A DNA stretch of 63,997 bases, counting the filler, from Acidimicrobiia bacterium (GTDB lineage: Bacteria > Actinomycetota > Acidimicrobiia > Spongiisociales > CAZKJJ01), in NCBI GenBank assembly GCA_046759765.1. It is 18 parts of 18 records of this genome, joined end to end, with 100 filler letters (N's around TTAATTAATTAA, not from the genome) between each part and the next. Parts side by side here need not be neighbours in the genome. Positions count along the whole stretch, not along the records: positions 18,625 to 22,206 come from JBHICV010000210.1; positions 22,307 to 25,874 come from JBHICV010000211.1; positions 25,975 to 29,482 come from JBHICV010000212.1; positions 29,583 to 33,084 come from JBHICV010000213.1; 14 more parts are not named here. The stretch is one strand, 5' to 3'. Numbering within the stretch: position 1 is the stretch's first letter; every line of letters starts with the position of its first letter. Position numbers and translations under genes: made by a program. Positions 19,965 through 30,001 of the stretch are shown here, in pieces. A model generated the notes under the pieces. The model searched no databases. It was not told the origin of the DNA and was given only the letters and a program-made list of their open reading frames with translations.

Positions 19965-20573
19965 GTGACGACGCGTCCCGACGATGAGTTCATGTCCGAA
20001 GCCGAGTCACTGGAAGCCGCCTACTTGGCCTCGGATGATCCCGTCGTCCAGTCGGGATTTCATGGTGGCAGAGAGAGATGGGTAACGGAGCGGTCGCCGC
20101 TGGTCGAAGGTTTCAACAGGGATGGAGAGTTTCTCGACGTTGGCTGCGCCAATGGGCTTCTTGCTTCCGATGTTGTGTACTGGGCAATGTCGAAGGGGTA
20201 TGAGATCGTGCCTTACGGCATCGACCTCGGAGCCGGACTCGTGGCTCTGGCGCGAGAACGCTTGAAGGAACACGCCGAGAACTTCTCGGTGGCTGATGCA
20301 TGGACGTGGAGGCCGGGGCGGCAATGGACTTTCGTCTACTCGTTGTTGGATCTCAGTCCAACGGACCTCTGGTGTGAATGGTTGCGCCGCCTCTATGGCT
20401 GGGTGGAGCCGGGTGGACATCTCATCGTTGCCTCGTACGGAAGCCGATCCCGAGGCCAACTCCCGGTAGACGTCAATGAAGTTCTCAGCGGATGCGGGTT
20501 CGAAGTCGCCGGATCGTCATCGGGTGGACAGGGCCCCGTGACCCGCTTCGGGTGGGTATCTAAAACCGAGTAA
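19965..20573 (+). CDS. Class I SAM-dependent methyltransferase
   Basis: FLDVGCANGLL, YGIDLG, VEPGGHLIV; start uncertain. Confidence 0.85.
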   Translation: MTTRPDDEFMSEAESLEAAYLASDDPVVQSGFHGGRERWVTERSPLVEGFNRDGEFLDVGCANGLLASDVVYWAMSKGYEIVPYGIDLGAGLVALARERLKEHAENFSVADAWTWRPGRQWTFVYSLLDLSPTDLWCEWLRRLYGWVEPGGHLIVASYGSRSRGQLPVDVNEVLSGCGFEVAGSSSGGQGPVTRFGWVSKTE

Positions 20574-20686
20574 CCGATGCACGACGAAGTGCCTTATAAC
20601 GAGCGGGTCGGCGATGTGCTCGTTTTGGCGCATGATCTGGCAGTCTGATTTCTCGCGGATCGATCGGGAGAGGAGCCCATAGTGGG

Positions 20687-20986
20687 CTATTGGGCTGTCC
20701 AGGTTGGCCGGTCCGGGTCCCCGAGCCAGTAGCGCAGCCGGCGTTGGGCCTGCAGCCGGTGTCGCATGCTGTGTTGCTCCCGTAGCACCATGTTGACGGT
20801 GGGAGCCAGGAGCCGCAGCGTTGCCAGCTGTTCAGCGAGTGCGTCTCCTTCGAAGCTTCTCCCGTATCCGGCAGCGAAGCGCGGGTAATCGTGCGGCTTG
20901 CCTCCGCAGTTGCGTGCCCAGGTCATGAGCGGGGCGTGGTCCCAGGCTGGGGGGCCGGTACTCCACAGGGCTCCCAGCGGATCCAA
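20687..20986 (-). pseudogene. Aminoglycoside phosphotransferase-like, C-terminal fragment
   Basis: GPPAWDHAPLMTW...GG....Y.RFAAGYG...LRLL...RLRYWLGDPD.P.W; catalytic HGD region missing. Confidence 0.6.
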
Positions 20987-21032
20987 GCAGTGGATTCGGG
21001 CGACTGCCGCGGATCGGTAGCCTCACCTGACC

Positions 21033-21926
21033 ATGTTTCAGGTGTCCGATGTCGTGAGGAACAAGGCCGTCATGGCGGGCGCTCCCCGGTGGATCGAGCA
21101 ACTGCCAGATCTGGTCGCGGTGCTCGCCGACGAGTGGGAGTTCACTCCGGGCCGCTCGCTCGAGGGCGGGACCGAATCGTTCATCCTCGAGGTGAGCCTG
21201 GCAAATGGCACTTCCGCTGTGCTCAAGCTGCTCATCCCTCGCAACGTCGAGGCGGCTGGGAACGAGATCACGGTGCTGCAGTTGGCCAATGGTGAGGGCT
21301 GTCCTCGGCTGTTCAGATACGACCGGACCCGAGGTGCATTATTGATGGAACGGCTCGGCCGCTCCATGTTCGACCTCTCGATTCCGTTGCTGCAGCGTCA
21401 TGAGATCTTGTGCTCGACGGCTGCTCGGTTGTGGCGTCCGGCGCCGGACTGCGGCCTGCCCACCGGAGCCGACAAGGGCCGGTGGCTGATCGACTTCATC
21501 ACCGCCACCTGGGAAGCGCTCGACCGCCCGCTTCCGCAGCGGACAATCGACCACGCCCTGGCCTGCGCCGAACGGCGGATCGGCGCCCACGACAACGAGC
21601 GGGCGAGACTGGTGCACGGCGACGTTCACCAGTGGAACGCTCTCGAATCCGACGACGGCTTCAGCCTGGTCGATCCTGACGGCCTACTGGCGGAGCCTGA
21701 GTACGACCTCGGCATCATCATGCGCGAAGACCCGCTCGAACTCCTGGAGGAGGGCCCGTGGAATCGCGCCCACCGATTGGTGAGCCTTACCGGACTCGAC
21801 CTGACCGCCACCTGGGAGTGGGGCGTGGTGGAGAGGGTCGCGACGGGCCTTCTATGCACCCAGGTCGAGCTACAGCCTGTCGGTCGAGACATGCTCGCAG
21901 CCGCACAGATCGTGACCGAGCTTTGA
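21033..21926 (+). CDS. Aminoglycoside/hydroxyurea resistance kinase family protein (APH(6)-like)
   Basis: AVLKL, LLMERLG, LVHGDVHQWNAL, LVDPDGLLAEPEYDLG. Confidence 0.88.
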   Translation: MFQVSDVVRNKAVMAGAPRWIEQLPDLVAVLADEWEFTPGRSLEGGTESFILEVSLANGTSAVLKLLIPRNVEAAGNEITVLQLANGEGCPRLFRYDRTRGALLMERLGRSMFDLSIPLLQRHEILCSTAARLWRPAPDCGLPTGADKGRWLIDFITATWEALDRPLPQRTIDHALACAERRIGAHDNERARLVHGDVHQWNALESDDGFSLVDPDGLLAEPEYDLGIIMREDPLELLEEGPWNRAHRLVSLTGLDLTATWEWGVVERVATGLLCTQVELQPVGRDMLAAAQIVTEL

Positions 21927-22306
21927 GCTGAGGGGGCATTCAACGGACAATCGGAGCACACCGACCCCGATAGCGCATATCTCGGCCACGTGTCCACCTG
22001 GAGAGCCGTTCGTGTCCGAGCCGAACCGGCATTTCCGGGCAATGCGGCCGCCAGCGCGAGTGACAGCCATCAATCGCCACGCTCCGTGACAGAAGGCACA
22101 CCTCGAAGCGAGCACGAAGTGCCGATCTATCGCACTCGGCGAAGTGGGCGATGATATACCCCCTCCGGGTGGTGGTCTTGGGGTGACCGCTACGTGTGGA
22201 GGTGATNNNNNNNNNNNNNNNNNNNNNNNNNNNNNNNNNNNNNNNNNNNNTTAATTAATTAANNNNNNNNNNNNNNNNNNNNNNNNNNNNNNNNNNNNNN
22301 NNNNNN

Positions 22307-23067
22307 CAGCTGTCGCCATCGCTGAGCACGTCGCGGGCTCTGTGAGTGGCTTCGTTGACATGATGAACGGGAGAGGTGCAGAGATGGGACTCGAGAGCAC
22401 CAACTTCAAGAACCCGCATGGGCTGGACGCACCCGGCCACCACAGCTCGGCGCGGGACCTACTGCGGATCGCCCTGGCTGGCATGGAATGGCCGGCGTTC
22501 GCCACCGCGGTTGCCACTCCGGAATACAGCTTGCCAGATGCTCCGGACGGAGCTGTCCGTGTGGCCAAGACGACCAACGCGCTGCTTCGGGATGGGTTTG
22601 ACGGCATCTTGGGGATAAAGACCGGATTCACTAACGACGCCGGCCTGACGTTCGTCGCGGCCGCCGAACGAGACCGCAGGACGCTATACGCCGTGGTGCT
22701 CGGATCCGAAGGACCATCCGCTCACTTCAACGATGCCGGTGCTCTACTCGAGTGGGGATTCTCCGAGTTCCGCCTGGTGGAGTTGTTCGTTGAGGGAACG
22801 ACTTACGGGCAATACCGAGGAAGTGAAGGAACAGAGCCGCTGGTCGCGGAGAATTCCTCACAAGTTCTGCTGACCAGGACCGCCCGCAGAACGGATGTGT
22901 CTTTCGAACCTCGCTTCGAAGAAGAAACACCCGTAATGGTGGCGACGCTGGAGGACACTGAGCTGGCTCGGGTTCCACTGTCTCTGGGTTCCCCGCGGGA
23001 GATGCCCTCACTTGCTGACGCGCTGGCTTGGATGGGGCATTACTGGAACTGGCTCTGGAATGGCTGA
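22307..23067 (+). CDS. D-alanyl-D-alanine carboxypeptidase (S11), 5'-truncated
   Basis: F.NPHGLD..H.SSARDL, KTGFT..AG. Confidence 0.92.
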
Positions 23068-23644
23068 GGTGCTGGCTGAGGTCATCAGCGAGGATCAGCT
23101 GAGAGAACGAATTCAGGGCATCGGCACACAATTGCAAGAAGACTTCGGAGCGCATCGCCCGGTTTTCGTGGGAGTTCTGATGGGATCGCTGCCCTTCTTG
23201 GCCGACCTCGTGCGAGCTGTCGATGCCGAAGCTGATATCGACTTTCTCGCTCTAAGCCGTTTCGGGGAAGGAGGACGGGTCAGGATCGCCCTTGACACGA
23301 CCATCTCTCTGACCGGCCGACACGTCGTCCTTGTCACCAACATCGTTGACACTGGATTCACCTTGACGACGATCGGCCGTCTGCTCGAGACGAGGAATCC
23401 CGCATCGCTGGCCACCGTGGTATTGGTGGACAAGTCCTCTCGCCGTATCGTCGAGGTCCCAATCGACTATCGGGGCTTCGAAGCAGGAGACGAGTTCCTC
23501 ATTGGCTATGGATTCGACTGGGAAGGCCGTTATCGCAATCTTCGCTCGATCTGGGCAGTGCTGGATCCCTCTGCCCTAGCCGAGGATCCGGACCTTCCCG
23601 CCAGGAGAGTGTTGGGCGCACCCGGTGATAGGGTGACGGCATGA
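23060..23644 (+). CDS. Hypoxanthine phosphoribosyltransferase-like protein with a degenerate active site
   Basis: VGVLMGSLPFLADLVR, VVLVTNIVDTGFTL, FLIGYGFD...YRNL. Confidence 0.85.
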   Translation: MAEVLAEVISEDQLRERIQGIGTQLQEDFGAHRPVFVGVLMGSLPFLADLVRAVDAEADIDFLALSRFGEGGRVRIALDTTISLTGRHVVLVTNIVDTGFTLTTIGRLLETRNPASLATVVLVDKSSRRIVEVPIDYRGFEAGDEFLIGYGFDWEGRYRNLRSIWAVLDPSALAEDPDLPARRVLGAPGDRVTA

Positions 23645-24144
23645 GTGAAGTGGCGATGGAGCTGGTGGGGGTACGGATCGAGCTGCCCTCTAACCAGCCG
23701 ATCGTGCTGTTGCGCGAGTCCGATGGGAGCCGCTATTTACCGATATGGATCGGTGCGGTTGAGGCCACCGCCATCGCATACGCTCTCGAGGGGATCCTTC
23801 CACAGCGGCCGATGACCCACGACCTACTGAAGAACGCAACGGAGTCCCTTGGGGCAACTGTGTCCAGGGTCATCGTGACGGAGCTCAGAGACAATGTGTT
23901 CTACGCCGATCTTGTTTTCGACAAAAACGCGGACGAGATTCGCGTTTCATCCCGCCCTTCGGACGCCATCGCCTTGGCTGCCCGGAGCGGAGCCCCCCTC
24001 TTCGCGGCGACACAGGTGCTCGATGAGGCAGGTATCGAGCTCCGCGATGAGGACGAGGAAGAGATGGTCGAACAGATGCGCGAGTTTCTGGATGAGGTCA
24101 CTCCAGCCGATTTCGACACCGGGCCACCGGAAGAAGGCGCCTGA
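23641..24144 (+). CDS. Bifunctional nuclease family protein (DUF151)
   Basis: LPIWIG..EA.AI, RPMTHDL, SSRPSDAIALA. Confidence 0.93.
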   Translation: MSEVAMELVGVRIELPSNQPIVLLRESDGSRYLPIWIGAVEATAIAYALEGILPQRPMTHDLLKNATESLGATVSRVIVTELRDNVFYADLVFDKNADEIRVSSRPSDAIALAARSGAPLFAATQVLDEAGIELRDEDEEEMVEQMREFLDEVTPADFDTGPPEEGA

Positions 24145-24153
24145 CCTCGGGGT

Positions 24154-25155
24154 ATGACACCCGCGAGACGTGTCCGTATCGGCGCGTCGGTTCTCTTGGG
24201 CGTCCTGGTTACAGGGATAGTCGGATACATGGTGATCGAGAACGCGCGGCCTCTCGACGCGGTCTACATGGTGGTTATCACCTTGTCGACGGTGGGGTAC
24301 GCAGAGCTATTCCCCCTTTCCGACCTCGGACGCGTGTTCACGATTGCGCTGATCACAACCGGCGTCGGAGCCGCGCTTTTGACCGCCACCTCCGCCCTCG
24401 AGGTCGGTATCGATAATCTGGCGGGCCGGCGGACGAGGCAGAAGATGGAGGCGACGGTTTCCAAGATCAGGGACCACTTCATCCTGTGCGGCTATGGCCG
24501 CGTGGGCCGCGGCACGTATGAACAGCTGCGGGCCTCACAAGCATCCGTCGTGGTCATCGAGGACCGAGCGGAGGCGGCCGAGGAAGCCCGCCAAGCCGGA
24601 GCGCTCGTGGTCGAGGGCGACGCCACCACCAACCGCGTGCTCGAAGAGGCAGGGATTCATCGAGCGCGGGCGCTGATTGCCTGCGTCGAAGAGGACTCCG
24701 ACAACCTCGTAATAGTTCTCTCCGCGAAGGCGCTGAATCCTGGTTTATGGGTCGTCGCGCGGGCATCGGTCGAGGAGTCCTACGAGAAGCTGGTGCTTGC
24801 CGGTGCCGACCGAGTTGTTGCTGTTCAGCGAGTCGGCGCTCATCGGTTGGCCGCGCTTGCGCTCGGGTCTGGGATGGCCGAGTTCCTGGACCTGGTCGTT
24901 GAGGGCGGCTTGGTGGAACTGCAGATACATACTTTCGACATCGAAGGCTCCTCGCCGTTCGTGGGCGTCTCATTGAAGGAGTCTGGAATACGAGAGCAGA
25001 CGGGTGCCCTGATTCTGGCGATCGAGGACGCCCAGGGAGACCTCGCGCTCAATCCCGATCCGGAGGTCGTGATCGAGCCGGGACAGGTCTTGTATGGGAT
25101 CGGGACGCAAGACCAGCTTTATCGGCTCTCGCTGCTTGCGCAGATCGAACGTTGA
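24154..25155 (+). CDS. Potassium channel with TrkA-N/TrkA-C (RCK) domains
   Basis: Selectivity-filter-like TVGYA, ILCGYGRVG, GDAT, TrkA-C tail. Confidence 0.92.
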   Translation: MTPARRVRIGASVLLGVLVTGIVGYMVIENARPLDAVYMVVITLSTVGYAELFPLSDLGRVFTIALITTGVGAALLTATSALEVGIDNLAGRRTRQKMEATVSKIRDHFILCGYGRVGRGTYEQLRASQASVVVIEDRAEAAEEARQAGALVVEGDATTNRVLEEAGIHRARALIACVEEDSDNLVIVLSAKALNPGLWVVARASVEESYEKLVLAGADRVVAVQRVGAHRLAALALGSGMAEFLDLVVEGGLVELQIHTFDIEGSSPFVGVSLKESGIREQTGALILAIEDAQGDLALNPDPEVVIEPGQVLYGIGTQDQLYRLSLLAQIER

Positions 25156-25226
25156 CATCGCCCCAGGGCATCCCTAGCTTGGCCGCCGAACGAATTACGA
25201 AGCTGTAAGCTTCGTAGGGAGGGCGA

Positions 25227-25691
25227 ATGGTTACTACCCAAGGATTCCGGGCGCCTCAGGTGTGCAAGCTGGTCGGTATCACATATCGACAACTCGATTA
25301 CTGGGCCCGGACCGATCTCTTGCGTCCCTCGATTCAAACCGCGCGCGGCTCCGGGTCGCAGCGGCTCTACTCCTTCCAGGACGTCGTGCAGTTGAAGGTG
25401 ATCAAGAACCTGCTGGACGCAGGAATGAGCCTGAACAAGATCCGCCACGCAATGGAGATCCTCCGTGTCGAGCTGCAGAGCGCCCGACCCCTGGCGGACG
25501 TAACCCTGCTGTCTGATGGACAGACCATCTACTCGGCGCGTAACCCCGATGAGGTCGTGGACGTGTTCCGCGGTGGCCAGGGTGTCTTCGGTATCGCAGT
25601 GGGGCCAGTCCAGGAAGAGCTCGAAGGAGAGCTCCACGAGCTATTTCCCGAGCCCGCCGAGCCCGAGGCGATGGAGGCTAAAGCACACTGA
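25227..25691 (+). CDS. MerR-family regulator (Rv1830-like)
   Basis: GITYRQLDYWART.LLRPS...GSGSQRLYSF.D...GGQGVFGIAVG. Confidence 0.92.
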   Translation: MVTTQGFRAPQVCKLVGITYRQLDYWARTDLLRPSIQTARGSGSQRLYSFQDVVQLKVIKNLLDAGMSLNKIRHAMEILRVELQSARPLADVTLLSDGQTIYSARNPDEVVDVFRGGQGVFGIAVGPVQEELEGELHELFPEPAEPEAMEAKAH

Positions 25692-25735
25692 CCAGCGGGA
25701 ACAAGGCCCCTTTCGAGGCTTCCCCCGCCGAGCTT

Positions 25736-25874
25736 GTGGAATTTGCGCATCCCAGCGAGCGTCAGTTCGCGCGCCTGCTCGACTTCTACGACATCGAGTG
25801 GGAGTACGAGCCGAGATCATTTCCCATCGAGTGGGACCCCTCGGGCGAGCCGACCCGCTTCTTCACGCCGGACT
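25736..25874 (+). CDS. Putative PD-(D/E)XK-like protein, 3'-truncated
   Basis: FAHPSERQFARLLDFYDIEWEYEP..F......FTPD. Confidence 0.6.
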
Positions 25875-25974
25875 NNNNNNNNNNNNNNNNNNNNNNNNNN
25901 NNNNNNNNNNNNNNNNNNTTAATTAATTAANNNNNNNNNNNNNNNNNNNNNNNNNNNNNNNNNNNNNNNNNNNN

Positions 25975-28013
25975 TGGTGTCTCGCAGCATGCGGGAGATA
26001 GTGGAGCACCAACTCGCCGATGATGTGGGGTTGGCTGATTTGGGTGAGCACCGGCTTCGGGATCTGGACCGCAATGAGCATGTCTTCCAGCTCACCTACC
26101 GCGGTCTACCGGCTGACTTTCCGCCCCTTTCCACAATGTCAGACACGCCTCACAACCTCCCGGCCGAGGTAAACAGCTTCGTGGGGCGCGAGCGGGAGGT
26201 TGAGGAGATCCGAAGTCTGCTGGCGTCATCCCGTCTGGTCACCCTGCTTGGGATCGGAGGCGTGGGGAAGTCACGTCTGGCTGTCCGAGCGGCGCGGTTG
26301 TTGACCGACACTTTCCGCGACGGCACGTGGCTCGTCGACCTCTCCGGCGTTTCCGACCCGGCTCACGTCGCGGCGGCGGTGGGTTCCATCTGGGACTTGC
26401 CGCCCGAACAGGATGGGAGTGTTCAAGCCCTGTGCTCCTTCCTACGAGACCAGCAGCTGCTAATCGTGCTCGATAACTGCGAGGCGGTGGTCGAGGGGAC
26501 CGCCCTCTTGGCCGAGGAGCTCCTAGCGGCGGTGTCCGAACTGAGAATCCTTGCCACCAGCCGGGAACCGCTGGAGAGCCAGGGCGAGGTGCTGTGGAGG
26601 GTCGCTCCATTGGAGCTGCCGTCCGAGCTGCACACCGAGCTGTCCGTTGACGATCTGGTGGCGTTCGCGGCCGTTCGGCTTTTCCACGATCGGGCCAGTT
26701 CGGTCGTCCCCGGCTTTCAGCTCGATCGGGAGTCGGCGGTTCGCGCGGCGCGAATCTGCGGTCTGTTGGACGGCGTTCCGCTCGCCATCGAGCTGGCTGC
26801 GGCCCGAGTGCGCAACATGACCCTGACCGAAATCGAGGCGGGGCTCGACGATCGGTTTGCCCTGCTGGTTGGTGGTGCCCGAGCGACGCCCAGCCGACAT
26901 CGAGCTCTCGAGGCCACGATCGACTGGAGTTATGAGCTCCTCGATCCCCAGGAACAGGAGCTCTTCGGTCGTCTCGGCGTGTTCCGGCGGAGCTTCCCCC
27001 TGGCGGGCGCCGAGGTGGTCTGCGGGGGAGAAGGGATCGACGACGCCGAGGTACGGGACGTGTTGGGTCGTCTCGTCGACAAGTCACTTCTGATCCGCGA
27101 AGAGCGAGATGGTCAGACCTGGTACGAACTGCTCGACAGCCTGCGTCGGTACGCGCACGAGAAGATTGCCCGCGGTTATGCCCCCTTGAACGAGCGAGGC
27201 TTCCTGCTGAGACTGGCGCAACGGACCGACCCCCGCCTGCGCGGACCCGAGGATCGGATGTGGTCTGTCCTGCTGGAGGGCGAACGGCACGCGGTCCGGA
27301 CGGCGCTGGAATTGGCAGCAAACAGCTGGCGGGACGACCAGGGCTCCTTCCTGGCGGGTGTCGCCGCCGCTTCGGTCACGCGGACCGGTCGTCTCGGTTT
27401 CCTGGGAGGAATGAGTCCGGAGCCTCGTGGGGGATGGCTCGCCACGAACAAGCACCTGCCGGTGCGGGAGGTAATGGCCAGGTTCCGGAACGGTTTCGTC
27501 GCCGGTGCTCGTCACGTCGATCCGAACTTGGAGGTTCACGAGACCTATCTCACCGAGCAGGACGACATCGTGTCGGCATTCGAGGACCCCTCTCACGGGC
27601 GGGAAGCGGCCAGCGAGCTCTACTCGAAAGGATGCGACGTCGTGCTGCATGCGGCGGGTCAATCCGGAAACCGGATCTTCGAGGCGGCACGCCGCATGTC
27701 GGAGGACACCGACACCCACCGCTGGGGCATCGGTGCCGACTACGACGAATATCTGATCCAGCCCGACCAACTCAAACCGCACGTGCTCACCTCAGTCGTG
27801 AAGCAGGTACCCATCGACGTCCTCTTGGAGATCAAGAACGCCGTCATGAGCGGAGACCCGCAGCAGGCTCCGCAGTTCGATCTCAGCAACGAGGGCGTAC
27901 GGCTCTCCACCAGCGGCGGACATCTCGAGGGCGTGGCCGCGACACTCGAAGACCTCCAAGAGCAGATCATGTCCGGAGAGATAGACGTGAGCGAGAGTGC
28001 CCCGTCAGAGTGA
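25975..28013 (+). CDS. Cyclase-linked STAND (NB-ARC-like) ATPase with a C-terminal BMP/PnrA-like domain, 5'-truncated
   Basis: LGEHRLRDL (class III cyclase tail), HNLP...SFVGR, GIGGVGKSRLA, LDNCE, LATSREPL, LDGVPLAIELAAAR; then QGSFLAG.AAA...GFLGG...F..G...DVV.HAAG.SG...IG.D.D...LTSV.K. Confidence 0.85.
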
Positions 28014-28250
28014 CCCCCATCGACCACCGCCAAGGGGGACATGGTCGCCAGCCAGTCAGTCCCAACGAAAGAACTCGTCGAAGAGCGGAGCAACAACAAT
28101 CCACTGGGTCAGCTGCAACGGGAGAAACAGAAGGAAGCCCACCAAACCCGGCGTGGCCCAGCCCTGTCGTGTCCGCCCAACCCGCGCCGCAGCTTGACAA
28201 CCCAACCAACCAAGAACGCGAAAAACAGCGCTTGACACCCATACGAGATT
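28014..28250 (+). mobile_element. Orphan IS110-like non-coding right end with no transposase
   Basis: A/C-rich non-coding tract with small hairpins, ending GCTTGACACCCATACGAGAT; TTGACA at 28194 and 28232. Confidence 0.4.
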
Positions 28251-28318
28251 CAATCTGCGCCTCTGAACAGGTGGCGACGCCACGCGCCTGTTGACCTGAT
28301 CCCTGCCCTCAGCTCCAG

Positions 28319-28804
28319 TCAGCTGCTACGTCCGGGTAGGCCGTGACAATGCTTGTACTTGAGCCCCGACCCGCACGGACACCGCTCATTGCGACCGACC
28401 TTCGCCGCGACCTGGACTTGCCGGCTAGGCGTCCTCTCAGCCCGGATTCGCTGCTCCCACACGCGCAGCTGGTCCTCCCGCCTCCGTAGTCGCTCTGCAC
28501 GGATATCTAGCTCCCGCTCCCGAGCGTCAAGACGTGATAATCGCTCCTGCGCCTGCTGTTCGGCGCGGCCTGCGAACACCGCCTGGCTGTCACCACCGTC
28601 GCCGACCACAGTCTCCAGCTCAGTCGAGATCAGGCTGGCCACGCCCTCGCCCATCGACATGCCGAGCGCCTCGCAATACCTCCGCCAGGTGGACCACGCC
28701 GCATCCGAGACCGGAACCTTGACCGCTTGCACTCCATCCGTGTGATTGAGTTCGGCGAAGACTCGGCGGTCGATCCTGGCCAACGCGCCACGATCCAAAC
28801 CCAT
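28319..28804 (-). CDS. Coiled-coil protein with a C-terminal SEC-C zinc-binding motif
   Basis: [21 protein letters not shown]; the N-terminus [15 protein letters not shown]...G.SMG is RHH-like. Confidence 0.8.
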   Translation of the reverse strand: MGLDRGALARIDRRVFAELNHTDGVQAVKVPVSDAAWSTWRRYCEALGMSMGEGVASLISTELETVVGDGGDSQAVFAGRAEQQAQERLSRLDARERELDIRAERLRRREDQLRVWEQRIRAERTPSRQVQVAAKVGRNERCPCGSGLKYKHCHGLPGRSS

Positions 28805-28837
28805 CAGGTCACCACGTCGGTTAACCAGTTAACCGCC

Positions 28838-29333
28838 GCAACTTGTTGCACATGCGTGTGACTGAAAGGGTGGGGGTCCCGTGTTGCGACTGAAGCTCTC
28901 TGGGCGAGATCGATCTGAGTGCCGATGTCGGTTCGCTCTCGAGCGTGTGATGGGTCGGCTTGTTCGCTGGATGGTGGGGTCACGACTCTTCGTTGATTAC
29001 ACGATCACAGACATTCCGTAGCCCATTCTTCGTGCTGCTGGGCCTCGGAACGTATTGGATCTGAGGTTTTTCTTGTATTTGCGGGTTCAGCTCTTGATGG
29101 ATGGTGCCTCTTTCCGTTCGGAGGGAGACTCGAGTGACGTAGGCGGAGCTGTAGCCGGCTCTCGTCTGGAGAGGAACCGTCATGAACGTCCATCTGAGCG
29201 GCGAACCCTTTCAACGCGATCGCAAGAGCCCTTTCAAAACGCGCGCACGGGGGTGACGCTGGCGATGTCTTCCCTTAACTCGAACATTCCCCTGAACAGG
29301 GAAAACAGAGAGTTTGCGACTGGTTTGAAAGGG
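28838..29333. repeat. Four copies of the TGCG-N6/7-TGAAAGGG motif, shared with contig 33185-36658
   Basis: Copies at 28853 (+), 29206 (-), 29229 (-) and 29315 (+). Confidence 0.8.
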
Positions 29334-29582
29334 TTGCCATCCACGATCTAGACGGGAACGAATCCGCGTCACGACGCTCTCTCTGACATCTGAGAGGGCT
29401 ATTCGGGAGTCCTACGGAGTCGAGCCCGTGTGGAGCAGCCGCATTCACAGAACGGGCTCGACCACCTCGATGAATTACACGCNNNNNNNNNNNNNNNNNN
29501 NNNNNNNNNNNNNNNNNNNNNNNNNNTTAATTAATTAANNNNNNNNNNNNNNNNNNNNNNNNNNNNNNNNNNNNNNNNNNNN

Positions 29583-29966
29583 CTGCGCCAGGCCCGATGT
29601 GTCTCCTGTGGGACGACGTGGCCCATTGCGGATGTCGTCACCCGAGTGGAGGCCGGTGAGGAGGATCCAGACTGTCCCCACTGCGGAGGCATCGTCAAGT
29701 CGGCGACCGTCATGTTCGGAGAGCTGCTGCCGGCCTCGGAGATGGAGCGCGCCTACCGCATGGCCGCCTCGGCAGACGCGGTCTTAGCCGTGGGCAGTAC
29801 CCTCTCCGTCTACCCGGCCGCCAACATCGCCCTCGAGACCGCCCAGCGAGGCGCTCCACTCGTCATCATCAACCTCGGAGCGACGGATCACGACTACCTG
29901 GCGAAGGTCAAGATCGAGGAATCGGCCGGGGTGGCTTTGCCCGCCTTGGTGGAGGCGCTCTCGTAA
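29583..29966 (+). CDS. Sir2/CobB NAD-dependent deacylase, 5'-truncated
   Basis: C..C and CPHCGG zinc ribbon, VMFGE.LP, GSTLSVYPAA, IINL..T. Confidence 0.92.
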   Translation: MRQARCVSCGTTWPIADVVTRVEAGEEDPDCPHCGGIVKSATVMFGELLPASEMERAYRMAASADAVLAVGSTLSVYPAANIALETAQRGAPLVIINLGATDHDYLAKVKIEESAGVALPALVEALS

Positions 29967-30001
29967 GTGTTTCGTGTCAATGGAGTGCGCGCTATGCGAA
30001 C

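Noticed and set aside
28980..29351. Short ORFs in the motif-rich region
   Set aside because: Atypical codon usage, no motifs, and they overlap the repeat sites; treated as non-coding
29583..29966. Sir2 as an anti-phage defence gene (Thoeris/DSR)
   Set aside because: The zinc ribbon and short C-terminus indicate a housekeeping CobB-type deacylase
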